Shown here piece by piece: positions 1 through 13,257 of a stretch of 64,000 nt of DNA. A model generated the notes under the pieces. The model did no database searches. It saw only the letters and a program-made list of their open reading frames with translations, and was not told the DNA's origin. Position numbers and translations under genes: made by a program. Every line of letters begins with the position of its first letter. Within the stretch, counting starts at the first letter, position 1. The stretch is from Octopus sinensis (taxonomy: Eukaryota), in NCBI RefSeq assembly GCF_006345805.1, contig NC_042998.1, positions 99,386,001 through 99,450,000 of the forward strand. The letters are read 5' to 3'.

Positions 1-600
1 TAATTTTTCGACAAGGTGGTGGAGCATGAAAACATGGGATGAGGTGGCGAAGCATGATCTTTGAACTTTAGGCCTCACAGAGGCAACGACTAGTGACCAA
101 GACCTTTGTCAATATGCTGTGCTTGAGAAGACCCGTGAAGCCAAGTGAAATTGTAGTTGTAGCTGATGCTGGTGTCACGTAACTGGTACCTGTGTCAGTG
201 GCATGTAAAAACCAGCTTTCAAATGTTGGGCCTCATGGAGGCAAAGTGGCTGATGCCGGTGGCATGTGGAAAGCTCCTTTCATGTGTTGGGCCTCACAGA
301 GGCAATGACGAATGACCGAGACCTTTGGCATTATGTCATGCTTGAGAAAGCCCATCAAGCCAAGTAAAATCACAGTCGTGGCAGATACTGGTGTCACACA
401 AATGGCACCTATGCTGGTGGCACATAAAAGCATCCATTACACTCTCGGAGTGGTTGGCATTAGGAAGGGCATCCAGCTGTAGAAACCATGCCAAATCAGA
501 CTGGAGTCTAGTGCAACCTTCCAGCTTGCCAGCCCTGGTCAAACTGTCCAACCCATGCCAGCATGGACAAAAGATGTTAAATGATGTTGATGATGATGAT
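1..600 (+). mobile_element. 3' fragment(s) of RTE LINE (ORF end present twice, then 3' UTR and (GAT)n tail)
   Basis: KTWDEVAKHDL*TLGLTEATTSDQDL..AVLEKTREAK* resembles the ORF end at 16600-16715; this ORF end recurs at about 283-366; tail ...aaatgatgttgatgatgatgat. Confidence 0.8.
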
Positions 601-666
601 ACTGTTGTTCTTGTTTTATACACACATACATAGTAGCTGCTTTCTCCTGTATGAGCAAAGCCATTG

Positions 667-960
667 CTAGAAAGATTCACTGAAATGTGTTATTGATGAT
701 GCAATATGAGGTCCTTGTATGACTCTTGAGCCTGGCCAAATATTTACACATCCTATTGCATAATGCACAGCTGTGCTGGCTGCAGAGGGAACAGGTGCCA
801 CATTATGAAGTCTTTTAACATGCCTTTTCAATCCTTCAACTGAAAGGCACACCTTTCCACAGGTTGCACATGTTCTGTTGTGAACAATAGCCGTATCACA
901 ATTTACAAGGGGTTGATTCCATCTGAGTTCTCTGATGGCTGACGAAGCCTGCATGACTCA
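667..960 (-). mobile_element. 3' end of a LINE ORF with a C2H2 finger (RTE-like, different family)
   Basis: TCATCGKVCLSVEGLKRHVKRLH; terminal C2H2 fingers occur at the end of some RTE-type ORFs; no splice context for a host exon. Confidence 0.5.
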
Positions 961-1846
961 AGCATTTCCTCCCACAAATCACATACATAAAAAGCAACGC
1001 TTTTTTTTTCTTCCTCATGTTTTAGTTATCTAACTTCATATAATATTTCTTTTATAGATATTATTATCATCATCACCACCATCATCATCATCATGTTCAC
1101 TTTTTCATGTTTACATGGGTTGGATAGAATTCACTGAGGTAGATTTTCTATAGCTGGATGCCCTTCCTGTTGCCAACACTTGCCTGTTTCCTGGCAAGCT
1201 AGTATTTCCACATGGTCTGCCTGACAAGTTTATGCAGAATGTTGGAAATGAATGATGCTGCTTGCATGGCAGTAATGCTCATCTACAACTATTATGTGAT
1301 GTCATAAAGTTTTGGTCAGCTTGGAGTTATAGTAGAAGACATTTACCCAAGGTGTCATGTAGTAGGACTGAACCTGAAACTACATGGTTGGTTGGGAAGC
1401 GAACTTCTAAATCACACAGTCATACATATGCCTCAAATGTGTATGCTTGCATGCACTGAATGTCTTGGTGACAAATGTGTTTGTAATAGTTTAATGAAAG
1501 GTAAAGTAAAAATTTGGAAGTGTACCTTGAAGAGAAGAAATATTCACATTTCACTCAAGGTCATTTATTTAGAGATTGCTAACTGACTTTGTTCCCCTGC
1601 CCCTTCTGCAAAAGGAAAAATTAGACATATCTCCACTTAATGGTACACTAAATTTACTTTACTTTTTTATTTTTGCTGAATAGATATTTGATGACCTTCA
1701 TCTGTCTCTCTGTCTAAATTTGAATGATAATAATTGATAATCTTAGCTTAAGTTGTAGGAAGTCAAACTGCAACTGCAAGATATTCAGTTACAAATCATG
1801 AGTAAGCCACCATTGTTTCATGTGACTAATCTATATATTGATTTGA

Positions 1847-2052
1847 AATTGTGGCACAAGACCAGCAATTTCGGGGGAGGGGTAAGTCAATGACATTGAC
1901 CTCAGTGCTTAACTGGTGTTTATTTTATTGACCCTGAAAGAATGAAAGGTAAAGTCAACCTCAGCAGAATTTGAACTCTGAATGTAAAGACAGACGAAAT
2001 GCCAGTAAGCATTTTACCTGACATGCTAACGATTCTACCAGCTCACCACCTT
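1847..2052 (-). repeat. SINE family A (tRNA-like head, core GTCGACTTTGCCTTTCATCCTTTCGGGGTCGATAAAATAAGTACCAG resembling the Meta/Sauria-type core)
   Basis: Many diverged copies in the window, approx.: 2775-3025(+), 3254-3465(+), 3484-3703(+), 8365-8590(+), 22955-23085(-), 25790-25965(+). Confidence 0.75.
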
Positions 2053-3253
2053 TGATCTATATATTGACCAATCAACTGTGGTGTGATGTTGCTCCTCAGC
2101 TGATGTAAAATTCGCTCCCATTTCACCCTATAAAAACTGCTTAGTGCCTTACTCATCTAGACAATCTTGGGCACCTTGGGCACTCACATAAGCCAGACCA
2201 CTAGGACTAGACCACCTCAACTTCAGACACTCACATACAATGTACCACAGTTTGCTTTCTACGAGACACAGTGCACTTCTCTCCTCCCAGTTGGCAGTTA
2301 TATCATTAGCATCTTTCTTTTGTGAACAGCCAATGCAGTAAATCATGTCTGGTTATAAATATGTTAAAAGTTAAAAATTCATGAGTTTGCTTCATCTATT
2401 ATACACGCAGCCAGCTGGATCACACAACAATGGTTTTCAACAATACAACACATACTAACAAGCAATCAGACAACATTGGTGACAAAGCAACCGCATGACA
2501 AATTCTTCATTTTATTTTATGCTTTTGCTTGTTTTTAAACCAACAAAATCTCTAAAATTGTTGAAGTAACCAAATAATAGTTAAGTGATGAAAATTTTAA
2601 GTTGGTATGTGAGAAAATGATGCATGCTGAATAAGACAGTGATTATTAATATATACCGAATAGTATGTGTTGTAGAGATAAGACTAAATAAGACCTTGAG
2701 GAGAATTAGTTATGTCACACCACAAGACAGTATTGATACTTATAGAGGATTATGATAATAATGTTGATAGTAATAATGGTGGTGGCATGGCTAGTGGTTT
2801 GTACATGAAAATATTTTTCTGTTATTCTTGTACTGGCAGAATTGTTAGTGAATCAAACAAAATGTTTTGTGGCATTTCTGGCTCTTTACAGTCTGAATTC
2901 AAATTCTGCTGAGATTGACTTTGCCTGTCATCCTTTCAGGATCGATAAAATAAGTACCAGTTGAATGCTGGGGTCAATGTAATTGACTTAAAGTTGCTGG
3001 CCTTGTACCAAAATTTGAAACTATTATTCTTCTGTTTGTGGTTGATGTCAGTGCTACCTGACTGGCTCCCATGGTAGTGGTACGTAAAAAACACCATCCA
3101 AGCGTGGTCAATGCCAGTACTGCCTGACTGGCCCCTGTAGAAACCTTGTCAGATCAGATTGGTGCAGCCTCTTGGCTTGCCAGTCCTCAGTCAAACTGTC
3201 CAACCCATGCCAGCATGGAAAGTGGACGTTAAACAATGATGATGATGATGAGT

Positions 3254-3720
3254 AAGGCAGTGAGCTGGTGGAATGGTTAGCACACTGGGCAAAATGCTTG
3301 GTGGTATTTCATGTCTTTACATTCTGAATTCAAGTTCTGCCAAGGTTGACTTTTTTTTTTTATCCTTTCAAGGTTGATAAAATAGCACCAATTAAACACT
3401 GTGATCAATGTAATTGACTTAACCCCCTCCCCCAAAATAGCTGGCCTTGTGCCAAAATTTGAAATCAATATTTATCTGTAGTAAGGTGACAAGTTGACGG
3501 AATCATTAGCACACTGAGTGAAAGTCTTAGTGGCATTTTGTCCATCTTTATGTTCTGAGTTCAAATTCTGCTGAGGTCAGCTTTCCCTTTCATCCTTTTG
3601 GGGTCAATAAGATAAGTATCAATGTACCAATTAAGCACTAGGATCAATGTAATCAACTGACCCACTCCCCCAAAGTTGCCGGCCTTGTGCCAAAAGTTGA
3701 AGCCAATATTTATCTGTAGT
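3254..3720 (+). repeat. Two tandem SINE family A copies; the second is flanked by the 17-bp direct repeat CAATATTTATCTGTAGT
   Basis: Direct repeat at 3466-3482 and 3704-3720. Confidence 0.8.
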
Positions 3721-3897
3721 TTTCCCGACATGAGCAATGCAGAAGTTAATGCTACTGAAGTGGACTGTTGTTAGATATAGCATGTCATTTAGGATTATTG
3801 TAGGATTATTGATTATGGAAATGCCATTTGAGTTGCATTCATTCTTAACTAAAAATATTTTTGTAATTAAATTATTGTTCTTGATCTTTGCTTACAG

Positions 3898-3982
3898 TAA
3901 ACACTCTTTATTGGCAAACAAATGGGAACGTGGCTACTTCTTCACTCAAGGAGGTAATCTGATGTACCAGTTTAAAGATGAG
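3898..3982 (+). CDS. APPL1: APPL exon (PH domain start): KHSLLANKWERGYFFTQGGNLMYQFKDE
   Basis: ttacag acceptor, gtaagc donor; 1+84 nt. Confidence 0.93.
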
Positions 3983-5861
3983 GTAAGCAACATTAGCCTT
4001 GTGGTCTAAACTTTTACACACACACATACCAATATCATCATCATCATCGTCATTTGACGTCTGTTTTGGTGGCATGGGTCAGATGATTTGACAGGAACTA
4101 AGCAAGCCGGAGAGCTGCAGCAGGTTTCTTTGTCTTCTATGGCTGAATGTCCTTCCTAATGCCAACCACTTGGGGTGCTTTTTATGTGGCACTAGCACCG
4201 AAGATTTTAATGTGACACCAATACCAGTGGGGTTGCTGAGTAACTTGCAAGAAGACCTATCAGTTGGAAGAGGGAGTGGAACTGACACAGGTGGCTTTGT
4301 ACCAATTGAGAGGTTGAAGTATAATAAAGGAATAGAAATAGGTATCTTACTATAGAGGAGATACTTGGCTACCCCAGTAGGAATAGAAAGGAGATGAAGG
4401 AACAAATAGAATTAAAACAGTGGGGTGGGGGAGTATATTGTGGTATGAAGCAGGTAGAGGGGTATGTTCCATAAGAGTGTGACAGGAGATATATGTCTAT
4501 GTATGTATATATGTATGAATATATGTATGTGTGTATGTAAAGTGGTAAGCCTATTCTGATAACTAAGCCTTGGTTATTTCCATTTATTTAATCATGATTT
4601 AAACTATATATCCATAGCTAGAGATTATTTTACTGTTTTAAATTAGCTTAATAAAATTATTGATGGCCTAAATAATGTCACAGAAACATTACATTGTGTT
4701 TCCTAAAAACAAACACAGCTTTTGTTGTTTTTTTTAAATATCTGAAGTTACAAAACCTTCAACTATTCTCATGAAATTTGTCACTGGAAGAAGTATTATA
4801 TATTTTTTATTTCTATTCTAGAGTTTCAACATGGCCATGTCAGGTATTGTTCTTATTCTCCACACATGCACTTAGTAATAATGGAATTTATTAAAATTCC
4901 ATTTCAAAACCCCATTTCAAATTAGAAAATGTATAATACATATACATTCTCTTTACCATTTTTTTTTTTAGATATTACATATATAATAGCCATTGCTTGA
5001 ATATTACACTTTCATCACAGAAATTAAAAAGGATTAGACAAAGAAAGTGTGCATATCTTTGTGTGTTTGTATGTGTGTGTATGTGAAAGAAATAGAGAAT
5101 TAGAGTTGAGCAATCAAGTAAGAAGAAGAATAAAAACTGAATATTTGACACTTGTAGAGTATTTTAATGCTGTTGCATAAAGTGTATAGAGGAGCAAATT
5201 ATTTATTATTATTATATAAATGTTAAAAAAATTTAGCATATATAAATTATAATTTATGAAGTCTGCAAACATAAGTACTACTGCTTTAGTTCATATCTTT
5301 ATATCATGTCTCTCTACTACATAGTTTGGAAGATATATTAAAAGGTGGTTTTGAAAATATAGTTTTGCAAAGTCAAAATGTTTTAAATAATGTTGCCTGT
5401 AGTGGTATGACAAAAATACAGTTATTGTAAAACAGTAAAAATAAGTGAATAAAGAAGATTGTAACCCTTTGCCATCTGCATAGCATAATGATGAGGTGAA
5501 ATATGTCAGAACAGGAACTGGAAACAGTTTGCAGATGAGACTCACTTCACAGAGAACTAATCACTATGAAAGACTTGTCATTCCTACATGTAGATCTGAT
5601 GTAGTCTTCTGGTTTCTATACTGGGCCTTATCATCTTATATGTTGTTATTGTTGAGTCCTTATTTAAGTGGTAAAAGAAAGCGTCTTTCGTAAATTTCTA
5701 GCTATGAAGTTGTTTCCAGGAATCTTTTTGATACTGAAGAAATAATTTTGTAGCTTCTTCCCTTGAGATTTTGGTAAAGGTCTCTCCTGACTTCTTGGGC
5801 TGGCTATAGTTGAAAATGATTAAATTTTTCAAACAGAATGTGTGTGTGTGTGTGTGTATAT

Positions 5862-6030
5862 AGGTACAGGCATGATTGTGTGGTTAGAAGCTAGTTTCCC
5901 AACCACATGGTTCCAGGCTCAGTCCCACTGCATGGTACCTTGGGGCAAATGTTTTCTACTATAGCGTCGGGCTGACCAAAGCCTTGTGAGTGGATTTGGT
6001 AGACAGAAACTGAAAGAAGCCCATTGTATG
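5862..6030 (+). repeat. SINE family B (tRNA-like head GGCATGGCTGTGTGGTTAAGAAG...GGTTCAGTCCCACTG, body AAAGCCTTGTGAGTGGATTTGGTAGAC)
   Basis: A/B-box-like head; other copies approx. 1293-1437(-), 26141-26320(+), 29305-29460(+), 46125-46290(-), 49790-49960(-), 58305-58470(+), 62806-63085(+). Confidence 0.75.
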
Positions 6031-6040
6031 TATGTATGTA

Positions 6041-6097
<57 letters not shown>

Positions 6098-6280
6098 CAA
6101 TAAGAAAATGGAGGGGATCAATAGGTGGTTCATCAACTTTTAGACATATTATGTCAATTTATTTACTAAAATGACAATTACAAGAATATACATACATGTA
6201 TAACATATTATGCTTTACATATAAAATATATAAAGATACCAGTAATTATTAAAATATAACATACAGGAATATAAATTGGG

Positions 6281-6412
6281 AAAATATCTTACAGCTGTTT
6301 CAGCCAAGAAGCAAAAATACCTCATTCTACCTTTATTCCTCCAGTAGACTGAAGTAATTAGTAGATGAAATTGAGGTACTTGGGTGTTTCTCTAGGCTTC
6401 ATCAAAGATTTT
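6281..6412 (-). ncRNA. Type-I hammerhead ribozyme motif (Penelope-like), C3U variant
   Basis: Minus strand: AAAATCT-TTGATGA-AGCC...GGCT-GAAAC-AGCT-GTA-AGATATTTT; stems I, II and III pair, with a palindromic stem III. Confidence 0.65.
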
Positions 6413-6587
6413 AGAAAGTGCATATGGTTAAGTTATAAATATAAATAAATAAAAATATGAATTTACACATTTACATACTTATACATATACATATATAAAT
6501 ATACATAAATACATATACTTACACTTAAATATACATACATATTTGCATTTATAAGCATACACAATAATCAATTATTATTATTATTAT

Positions 6588-6733
6588 AAGAGTAATATTG
6601 TAATTTATAAAATCAATATATCTTAAAGATATATCAGTTATGTAAGAACGAAACTGCATACACACGAGGAACATGTGATATAACTGATATAACTTTAAGA
6701 CATATTGATTTTATAAATTACAATATTACTCTT
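6588..6733. repeat. 56-bp inverted repeat with a 35-nt spacer
   Basis: Arms 6588-6643 and 6679-6733/4; 3 mismatches by hand alignment. Confidence 0.85.
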
Positions 6734-6792
6734 CTTATAACTTTCTCATACCTCTTTTTATATTTTATCTAATATGAATAATATAATGCATC

Positions 6793-6826
<34 letters not shown>

Positions 6827-8880
6827 TGATGTCCTATATATATTAAAAGGAGCTTGACTTTCTATTCATATTTCTCTGCCATTTCAACCCCTGTGTTGCT
6901 TTTGTAGTAAAAATACACCAGGAAGTAAAACTTATAAATATTATGTATTCACTTCAAACAAGACTAGAAAATCATTCACCCATGACACATTTTGCACCTC
7001 CTGATCCCCTCCACCACCAAATCAAGTTATGATAGTTATTACATCTTGAAACTCTTGGTTTGTTATTTTGCATTGCCTATGTTCATCAAAAAGTATATTG
7101 TATTATTTTAGTAACCATTTCTTTATGGATTACCTTCTTGATATTCTAACTAGTTTTAATTATTATATGTACTTATTTGTATGTGTACTATGCGCATACG
7201 TGTGCATGCATGCACACAAATGCACATGCACATGCACACACACACACACACACACATAATGTACATGTCATCATCACAGGCTATTGTCATTTTTATAACC
7301 AGTTTTTTATGCTGGCATAGTTTGGATGGAACATTTTAAGGCAGTGCTTTATGGCCAGGTGCCCTCTCTGATGCCAACCCTTTTAATAATTTCTTATGAA
7401 CACAGAAACACACCATAACTATTCTAAAGACTGAGATAAGTATGTCACTATCAATTCTATTTGTAGTAGTCACTATCAGTTTTCATGAACAATTCTCCTT
7501 TTTACGCTTACTGGAGACCTTTCTTAAAAATTCAATTACATTGTTATTAAAGCCACATCAAGGAAACTTATTTATTCTCTTTATAATCCTTGAGCATTGT
7601 TTGGTACAAACAACCATAACTGTTCCAATATTGAGAATGATACACTTCTTGCAACCACTGGCATCTTAAACTATATCAAGAGAAAGCCAACTACTTATAA
7701 AACTCCAATCTCTAAATAATAATAAGAAGATTTTTGTTTGTTTCGTTGTACTCACTTAGTCTGTCATATCTGCTGTTGGCACACTTGAATTTGTCTTCAT
7801 AACATACTGGTTCATAAATTTATTTGTTTTACTGAAATGGTATCAACTTCATATAGCCAAACTTATATATTTAACTAAACAGTATAAGTAGTATTTTATA
7901 ATACATTCTTCAATTTCAAACCAAGAAAGGAGCCTGCATATGGATACTTAACCTGCTAGAAATATCAGTCAAATCTCACTTATATCATATCCACTAACTT
8001 AAAAAGAAACAAAAAATAAACCAACCCACATTGGATAATGTAACCCTAGACTACCAGATATAGATATACTGTATCTGGGAAAGAAAATGGGCAAGATGAT
8101 TTTGACTGGAATGTCATTTTATCATAATCTTTTTCAATCAACACTAACTTTGGGTTAAATGGTAACAACAATATTCTTTCCTCATATGCTTTTCTATAAA
8201 ATGAATTAATAAATTTTCAAGATCCTTATTAACTGCATCGATCTCATTAGTCCTCTTCCAGTTGACAAGGTCCTACTACAGTCTATGGCCAGTTCATCTC
8301 CCACTACAACAACAACAATATTATCATCATCACAAAATCACCATAATGTAGTAATTCTTCATAATAAGAGTTGTTGTTGCTGATGTTTGGCTGAAATGAT
8401 AAAATGACAGACAAAATGGCTTTCAGGATTTAGTTATGTCTCTCAATGTTTTGAGTTCAAATCTTGCCAAAATCACCTCTTCCTTTCAACCTCCCGGAGT
8501 TGTTGAGATAATGTAACATTTATATACGAAAGCCAATAAAATTAAATTCATCCTTCTCCTAAATTTGAAACCTTGTCTTCTTAATTGGAAATCAGTTTTA
8601 TTTATTATTTATTTTGAAAAAATAATCAGTTTAATCTAGAATAATGAAATCAATTTTATTTTTCAGAGTCAACAACAATTACACTTTTAAATGATTTCTA
8701 TTCACAGTATGTAACTAATAGCAGCTAGTTACATCTTGGAGTTTTATTTTGATCAAAGCTCACTCAGATACGATTTAAATAAAATACCATTTAATCTATG
8801 GTATGAGCATATTTCATGAATTTGATTCCTAGTTTTATGTAATTTTACATGATCTTGGCTTTTTTTTCTGTTTTGTTCAG

Positions 8881-8990
8881 GTGGCTGGCAGTCTGGCTTT
8901 GGATCTCAGTGAAGAAGGAATGGTAGCTGAATGTACTGATGCAGATGACAGACGCTTCTGTTTTGTTGTGCACAATCTCAGTACTAAAAA
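8881..8990 (+). CDS. APPL1: APPL exon (PH): VAGSLALDLSEEGMVAECTDADDRRFCFVVHNLSTK
   Basis: gttcag acceptor, gttaga donor; 108+2 nt. Confidence 0.92.
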
Positions 8991-9404
8991 GTTAGAAGTT
9001 TTCCTCTATCTTTAAAAAATTATTTTCTTATAAGAAATATATTCTGCATGCTTGCTTGTCACAGCATAATGTTTCAAATTTGTTTGATTTCATCTCTATG
9101 TTGTTTTGTCATTGCTGGTGATGGATGTTGTCATGATTAAGTAAAAGTTGCACTCATTTATGTACTTAAGTGATGTGGGTGTGGATGTGTGTACGTGTGT
9201 GTGTGTGTATGTGTACATGTATGTATGTATGTATATATATATAAATATATGTGTGTGTGTGTTTATATGTATGAATTTATTAAGAATAATAAAATTGTAT
9301 TCTACAAAAAGTAGAGTAACCCATCAAATTAATGTAAAATTGGTTTTACTATAACTGAACATAGAAACAAACATTAATGTGCGTGTATGTATAAAAGACA
9401 ACTG

Positions 9405-9630
9405 TGTTGGTACCACATAAAAAGTACCTGTGCTGGTGCCATGTAAAAGGCACCCCAAACACTCTGTAAAGTATCTGGCATTAGGAAGGGCATCCAGCAT
9501 TAGAAACTTAGCCAAAACACATGAGTGGAGACCGATGTAGCTCTCCAGCTTGCCAGTTCTAGCCAAACTGTTCAACCCATGCCAGTACGGAAAACAAACG
9601 TTAAATGATAATGACAGTAATGATGATGAT
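9405..9630 (+). repeat. Short RTE-3'-tail copy (truncated LINE or RTE-mobilised SINE)
   Basis: GGCATTAGGAAGGGCATCCAG...CAACCCATGCCAG...GTTAAATGAT tail shared with 17190-17350; other copies approx. 1075-1290(-), 3060-3250(+), 4045-4200(-), 46740-46935(-), 55547-55705(-), 61052-61345(+). Confidence 0.75.
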
Positions 9631-9647
9631 ATGTGTATGTGTGTTTA

Positions 9648-9690
<43 letters not shown>

Positions 9691-10333
9691 AAATATAATA
9701 TATATATGTATGTATGTATGTAAATGTGTGTGTGCATGCTTACTCATAAATATATGTTTATAATTCCGTGTTTGTATGAGCATGTCTGTGCTTGAAGATA
9801 CCATTAAATTACTTTTGCTTAAACAGATTATTAGAATATTTAATTTTGACATTTAACAAGCATATCATTTGTAAAGTCTTTATAAATACATAGAAGTAAA
9901 GTCTTCCCAAATATGAAATTTATTCACTCCCTCACTATAAAATATATTGTATTTTGTGTTCTTTACATGTAATCAAACTAACCTATACAAAGTTTCTGTA
10001 ATGGAAGCCATGTATCTGTTTGCAACATTGACAATGGAATATCACAGGCTACACCAAATCTGATAAGATACAATGAAAGGTCAAAATTGTAAATCATTTA
10101 TCAATCATTTTCTCGTGTTAAATTTAGGTTTGATATGGTAGGAGTGAATACATTTTTGTCAATAAAATTTATCCTCTAGCACTTTGTAAGATATTACACA
10201 TAGTTACAAGTAAATTTGTTCAAATTTTTTATTGTTTTATACATTGTTGGAAAGACTGATTTTTCCAAAAATTTCAAAATTTTTGGAAAACTTGAAATAA
10301 AGATGTTTATTGTCTTGTTACATGTAATTTCAG

Positions 10334-10376
10334 GTCAGTTATACTTCAAGCTGAAAATGAACGTGAAAGGGATGAG
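10334..10376 (+). CDS. APPL1: APPL exon (PH): (K)SVILQAENERERDE
   Basis: tttcag acceptor, gtaaat donor; 1+42 nt. Confidence 0.92.
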
Positions 10377-10443
10377 GTAAATATATTCTATTAAATTATT
10401 AATTTATGCAAAAAGCAGACACATAATTTACTTGCACAGCTTT

Positions 10444-10645
10444 TATAATGTAAATTTTATCCATGAAGGCAGCGAGCTGGCAGAATTGTTAGCACACCAG
10501 GTGAAATGCTTAGCGGTATTTCGTCTGCTGTTACATTCTGAGTTCAAATTCCACCGCGGTCGACTTTATCTTTCATCTTTTGGGGGTCGATTAAATAAGT
10601 ACCAGTTATGCACTGGGGTCAATGTAATCGACTTAATCCTTTTGT
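10444..10645 (+). repeat. SINE family A, relatively young copy
   Basis: Retains CpGs (GGCAGCGAGCTGGCAGAA...CCGCGGTCGACTT...GGGGGTCGATTAAATAAGTACCAG). Confidence 0.85.
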
Positions 10646-11089
10646 CTAGTATAAATAAAATAGGGTGGTGAATTGTTATAGAAAGGTGTGAAAATGGAGT
10701 ATTGCATTAAAGTATTTAGTTCTGAACATATTTTCACATTCTGAAATGAAATCCTACTTGAATCAGATTAGTTTTTCATCCACAGGATTGATGAAATGAG
10801 TAGATTGATTCTTTGGAATACCATATCCTTTCATCACCTCAGAGCGACATAATCACTACCTGTAATACATTGGTATTGATTTGAAATATTAATCTTCTGA
10901 TTATTTTAATGAAATGATATACTGACAAAATTAATGCAAAAAGAATTAGAGGTTTTAATATTAATTTACGTAAAACAAGAGACAGCAGTACAAATTTTCC
11001 TAGGTAATTAATAGTAGCACCAAGGGTGAGATAGATATACTATTAGCTGAGAAATGGAAAGATAAAGTAATTAGTTAGTGTGTGTGATA

Positions 11090-12215
11090 GGACAATTAAG
11101 ATGCAACTAATTATAGGCTACTCAATAGTAACATTTATAGTGGCATATGTCACAAAAGCATGACTGCCCCAAAAATAGGACAACTTCTACAAGAGTATCT
11201 CCATGACAACTGACAACAACTTCATTATTGTGGCTGGCAACTTCAATGTACCTGTTGACCAGCATGACAATAGCTTCTTTGACATACATGGAGGCTATAG
11301 ATATGGTTCAAGAAATGAGGAGAGTGTAAGGCTCCTAGAGTTCAGTGTTGCAACTGATCTAACAATTTGCAACACAGACTTTAAGAATCCAACCAACCAC
11401 CTCATTACCTTCCAGTCTGGTGAAATCACAGGTTAGATTACATGTTCACCAGAGAATTGGGCAGAAGTGCTGTTGTAAATGCCAAAACTTTTCTTTGTGT
11501 AGAACGGTCTACACAACATAGATTAATAGCTAGCAACTGTAGAGTCAGAGATAGGCAGACACAGAAACAGAAGGTGGTATACAGAAGGAAGACATGAAAA
11601 CTAAAAGATCCTGCTATTGGGAATAGATTTAGAGATATTCTAATTAATACATATAACTGTAGGTAGAAATATCTAGATATCTAGTATAGATGACAGCTGG
11701 AAATTTCTATGAAATAACCTACTTAATACTACAGATCAGACATGCAGCTAAAATGGGAGGTAATATAGTTGTGGAATGATGTGGTTGATAGAACAGTAAG
11801 GGCTAAGAGACAGGATTAGAATTTCAGGAAGGAAGATTATAATAGGGAGCATTATCAAATGGCTAGAAGAGCTGCTACATGATAGTATATTTGGTTAAAG
11901 TTGAGGCAGAAAGGAAGAGATTTGCATACATCATACAATATGAGGATTAGAGGCATGGAATGTTCAGGATTGCCAGACATTGTGTGAGAAAGACCCAAAA
12001 CATATATAGCAAGACATATATTCAGAATGATGAAGGCATGCTCCTGATAGATTTGGCAGACAAGACTGTGACATGGAAGTACTATTTTGAGAGGCTACTG
12101 AACATGGAGAATACATGGGATAAATAGGAGCTACCTCATGCTGGCTCTACAGTGGGTCTGGTAATTCAAGTTGACCACAGCTTGGTAGATAAAGCGACTA
12201 AGGATATGAAAAGAG
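11090..12215 (+). mobile_element. Degraded RTE LINE fragment (APE endonuclease plus linker)
   Basis: IIVAGNFNVPV, GGYRYGSRNEESVRLLEF, LTICNTDFK, HLITFQSG motifs; many stops and frameshifts. Confidence 0.85.
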
Positions 12216-12348
12216 GGAAAGATATGTATTCTTTGACCAAATGCTAGCTTAATATATTAATTACTTAGCTCTTATAAACATGACATTTCTTTTCTCTTCT
12301 CTAAAATAAAAATGTCCAGTTGGTAAATTGAATATCTATATATTTCAG

Positions 12349-12432
12349 TGGATTGCTACATTGAACAATATTTTACGCAGCAATAAAACTGGGAAGAGCA
12401 AACAGTCTGATTCACCCTCAAGGAAGATGAAG
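12349..12432 (+). CDS. APPL1: APPL exon (PH end): WIATLNNILRSNKTGKSKQSDSPSRKMK
   Basis: tttcag acceptor, gtaaaa donor; contains the invariant PH-domain Trp; 84 nt. Confidence 0.92.
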
Positions 12433-12697
12433 GTAAAAAAAATATATTTACTTTGTTGATTATATTAATTATATAATCTCTACACATTTCACTAGTATAT
12501 ATTATGCTATGTAATAGTTGTTACAAAGACAGTTGCATAATCACCCTAAATATCAAATCATCAGAAGAAAACTGTAATTGGCTCCACTTTGTATCTACAA
12601 ACTCTCTGTTTGTATCTGCCCACTAACTGATGTTGGTAACCAACAATGGAGTAAATTATAATTTTCTTCTTCTGATCTCAGATATAGGGTTGCACAT

Positions 12698-12790
12698 CTT
12701 GTATATAAAGACAAACTGACCAATGCACTTCTTGACCTACAAAAATATACTGATGATCATTGTTGGAACACCTTTCTTTTATGGGTCTGG
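12698..12790 (+). repeat. 93-bp direct repeat, copy 1
   Basis: Nearly identical to 13465-13556. Confidence 0.9.
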
Positions 12791-13067
12791 CCTACATAGC
12801 ATACTAGTATGTGCTAATGCTACTATGCACTAATGAAACATGTGTAAAGATTATATAATTTATAGTGTAATAATAAAAAACTTTTCACAATTGTTTTATT
12901 CCAACCTTGGATATACAATCTGTAATCTATTTAGATATATATATAATACTATGAAATAATCAGAGATCAAACTATGTTTATTACCTGACTAAAGATTTAA
13001 CATGTAGATCTACATGAAATTCTAAGCAATGGTCAGCTAGCTGTTACACTAATTCAAAATAGAAACT

Positions 13068-13068
<1 letters not shown>

Positions 13069-13115
<47 letters not shown>

Positions 13116-13132
13116 ACTCTCTCTCTTTCTCA

Positions 13133-13143
<11 letters not shown>
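13069..13143. repeat. Compound (CTGT)n(CT)n microsatellite
   Basis: Read directly from the sequence. Confidence 0.9.
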
Positions 13144-13164
<21 letters not shown>

Positions 13165-13257
13165 GATGTAGTTTAGGTTTCTCATCTCCTGGTATGGTAC
13201 TACTTTTTTTTACTGTTATTTTATTATTATTTTCTCAATTTGTTTTCTTTTTCATAG

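Noticed and set aside
3165-3200. CTGAGGA followed by a CTGG-CAAG-CCA stem in the RTE tail (minus strand) as a hammerhead half
   Set aside because: No GAAA follows the stem, and the motif is not conserved in the young copies.
1-3897. Additional upstream APPL exon (expected GYL..R motif, phase-2 donor)
   Set aside because: No candidate with suitable sequence and splice sites was found; it probably lies before the window.
5862-5935. tRNA gene-like heads of SINE families A and B
   Set aside because: A/B-box-like only; no complete cloverleaf, and each continues into a SINE body.
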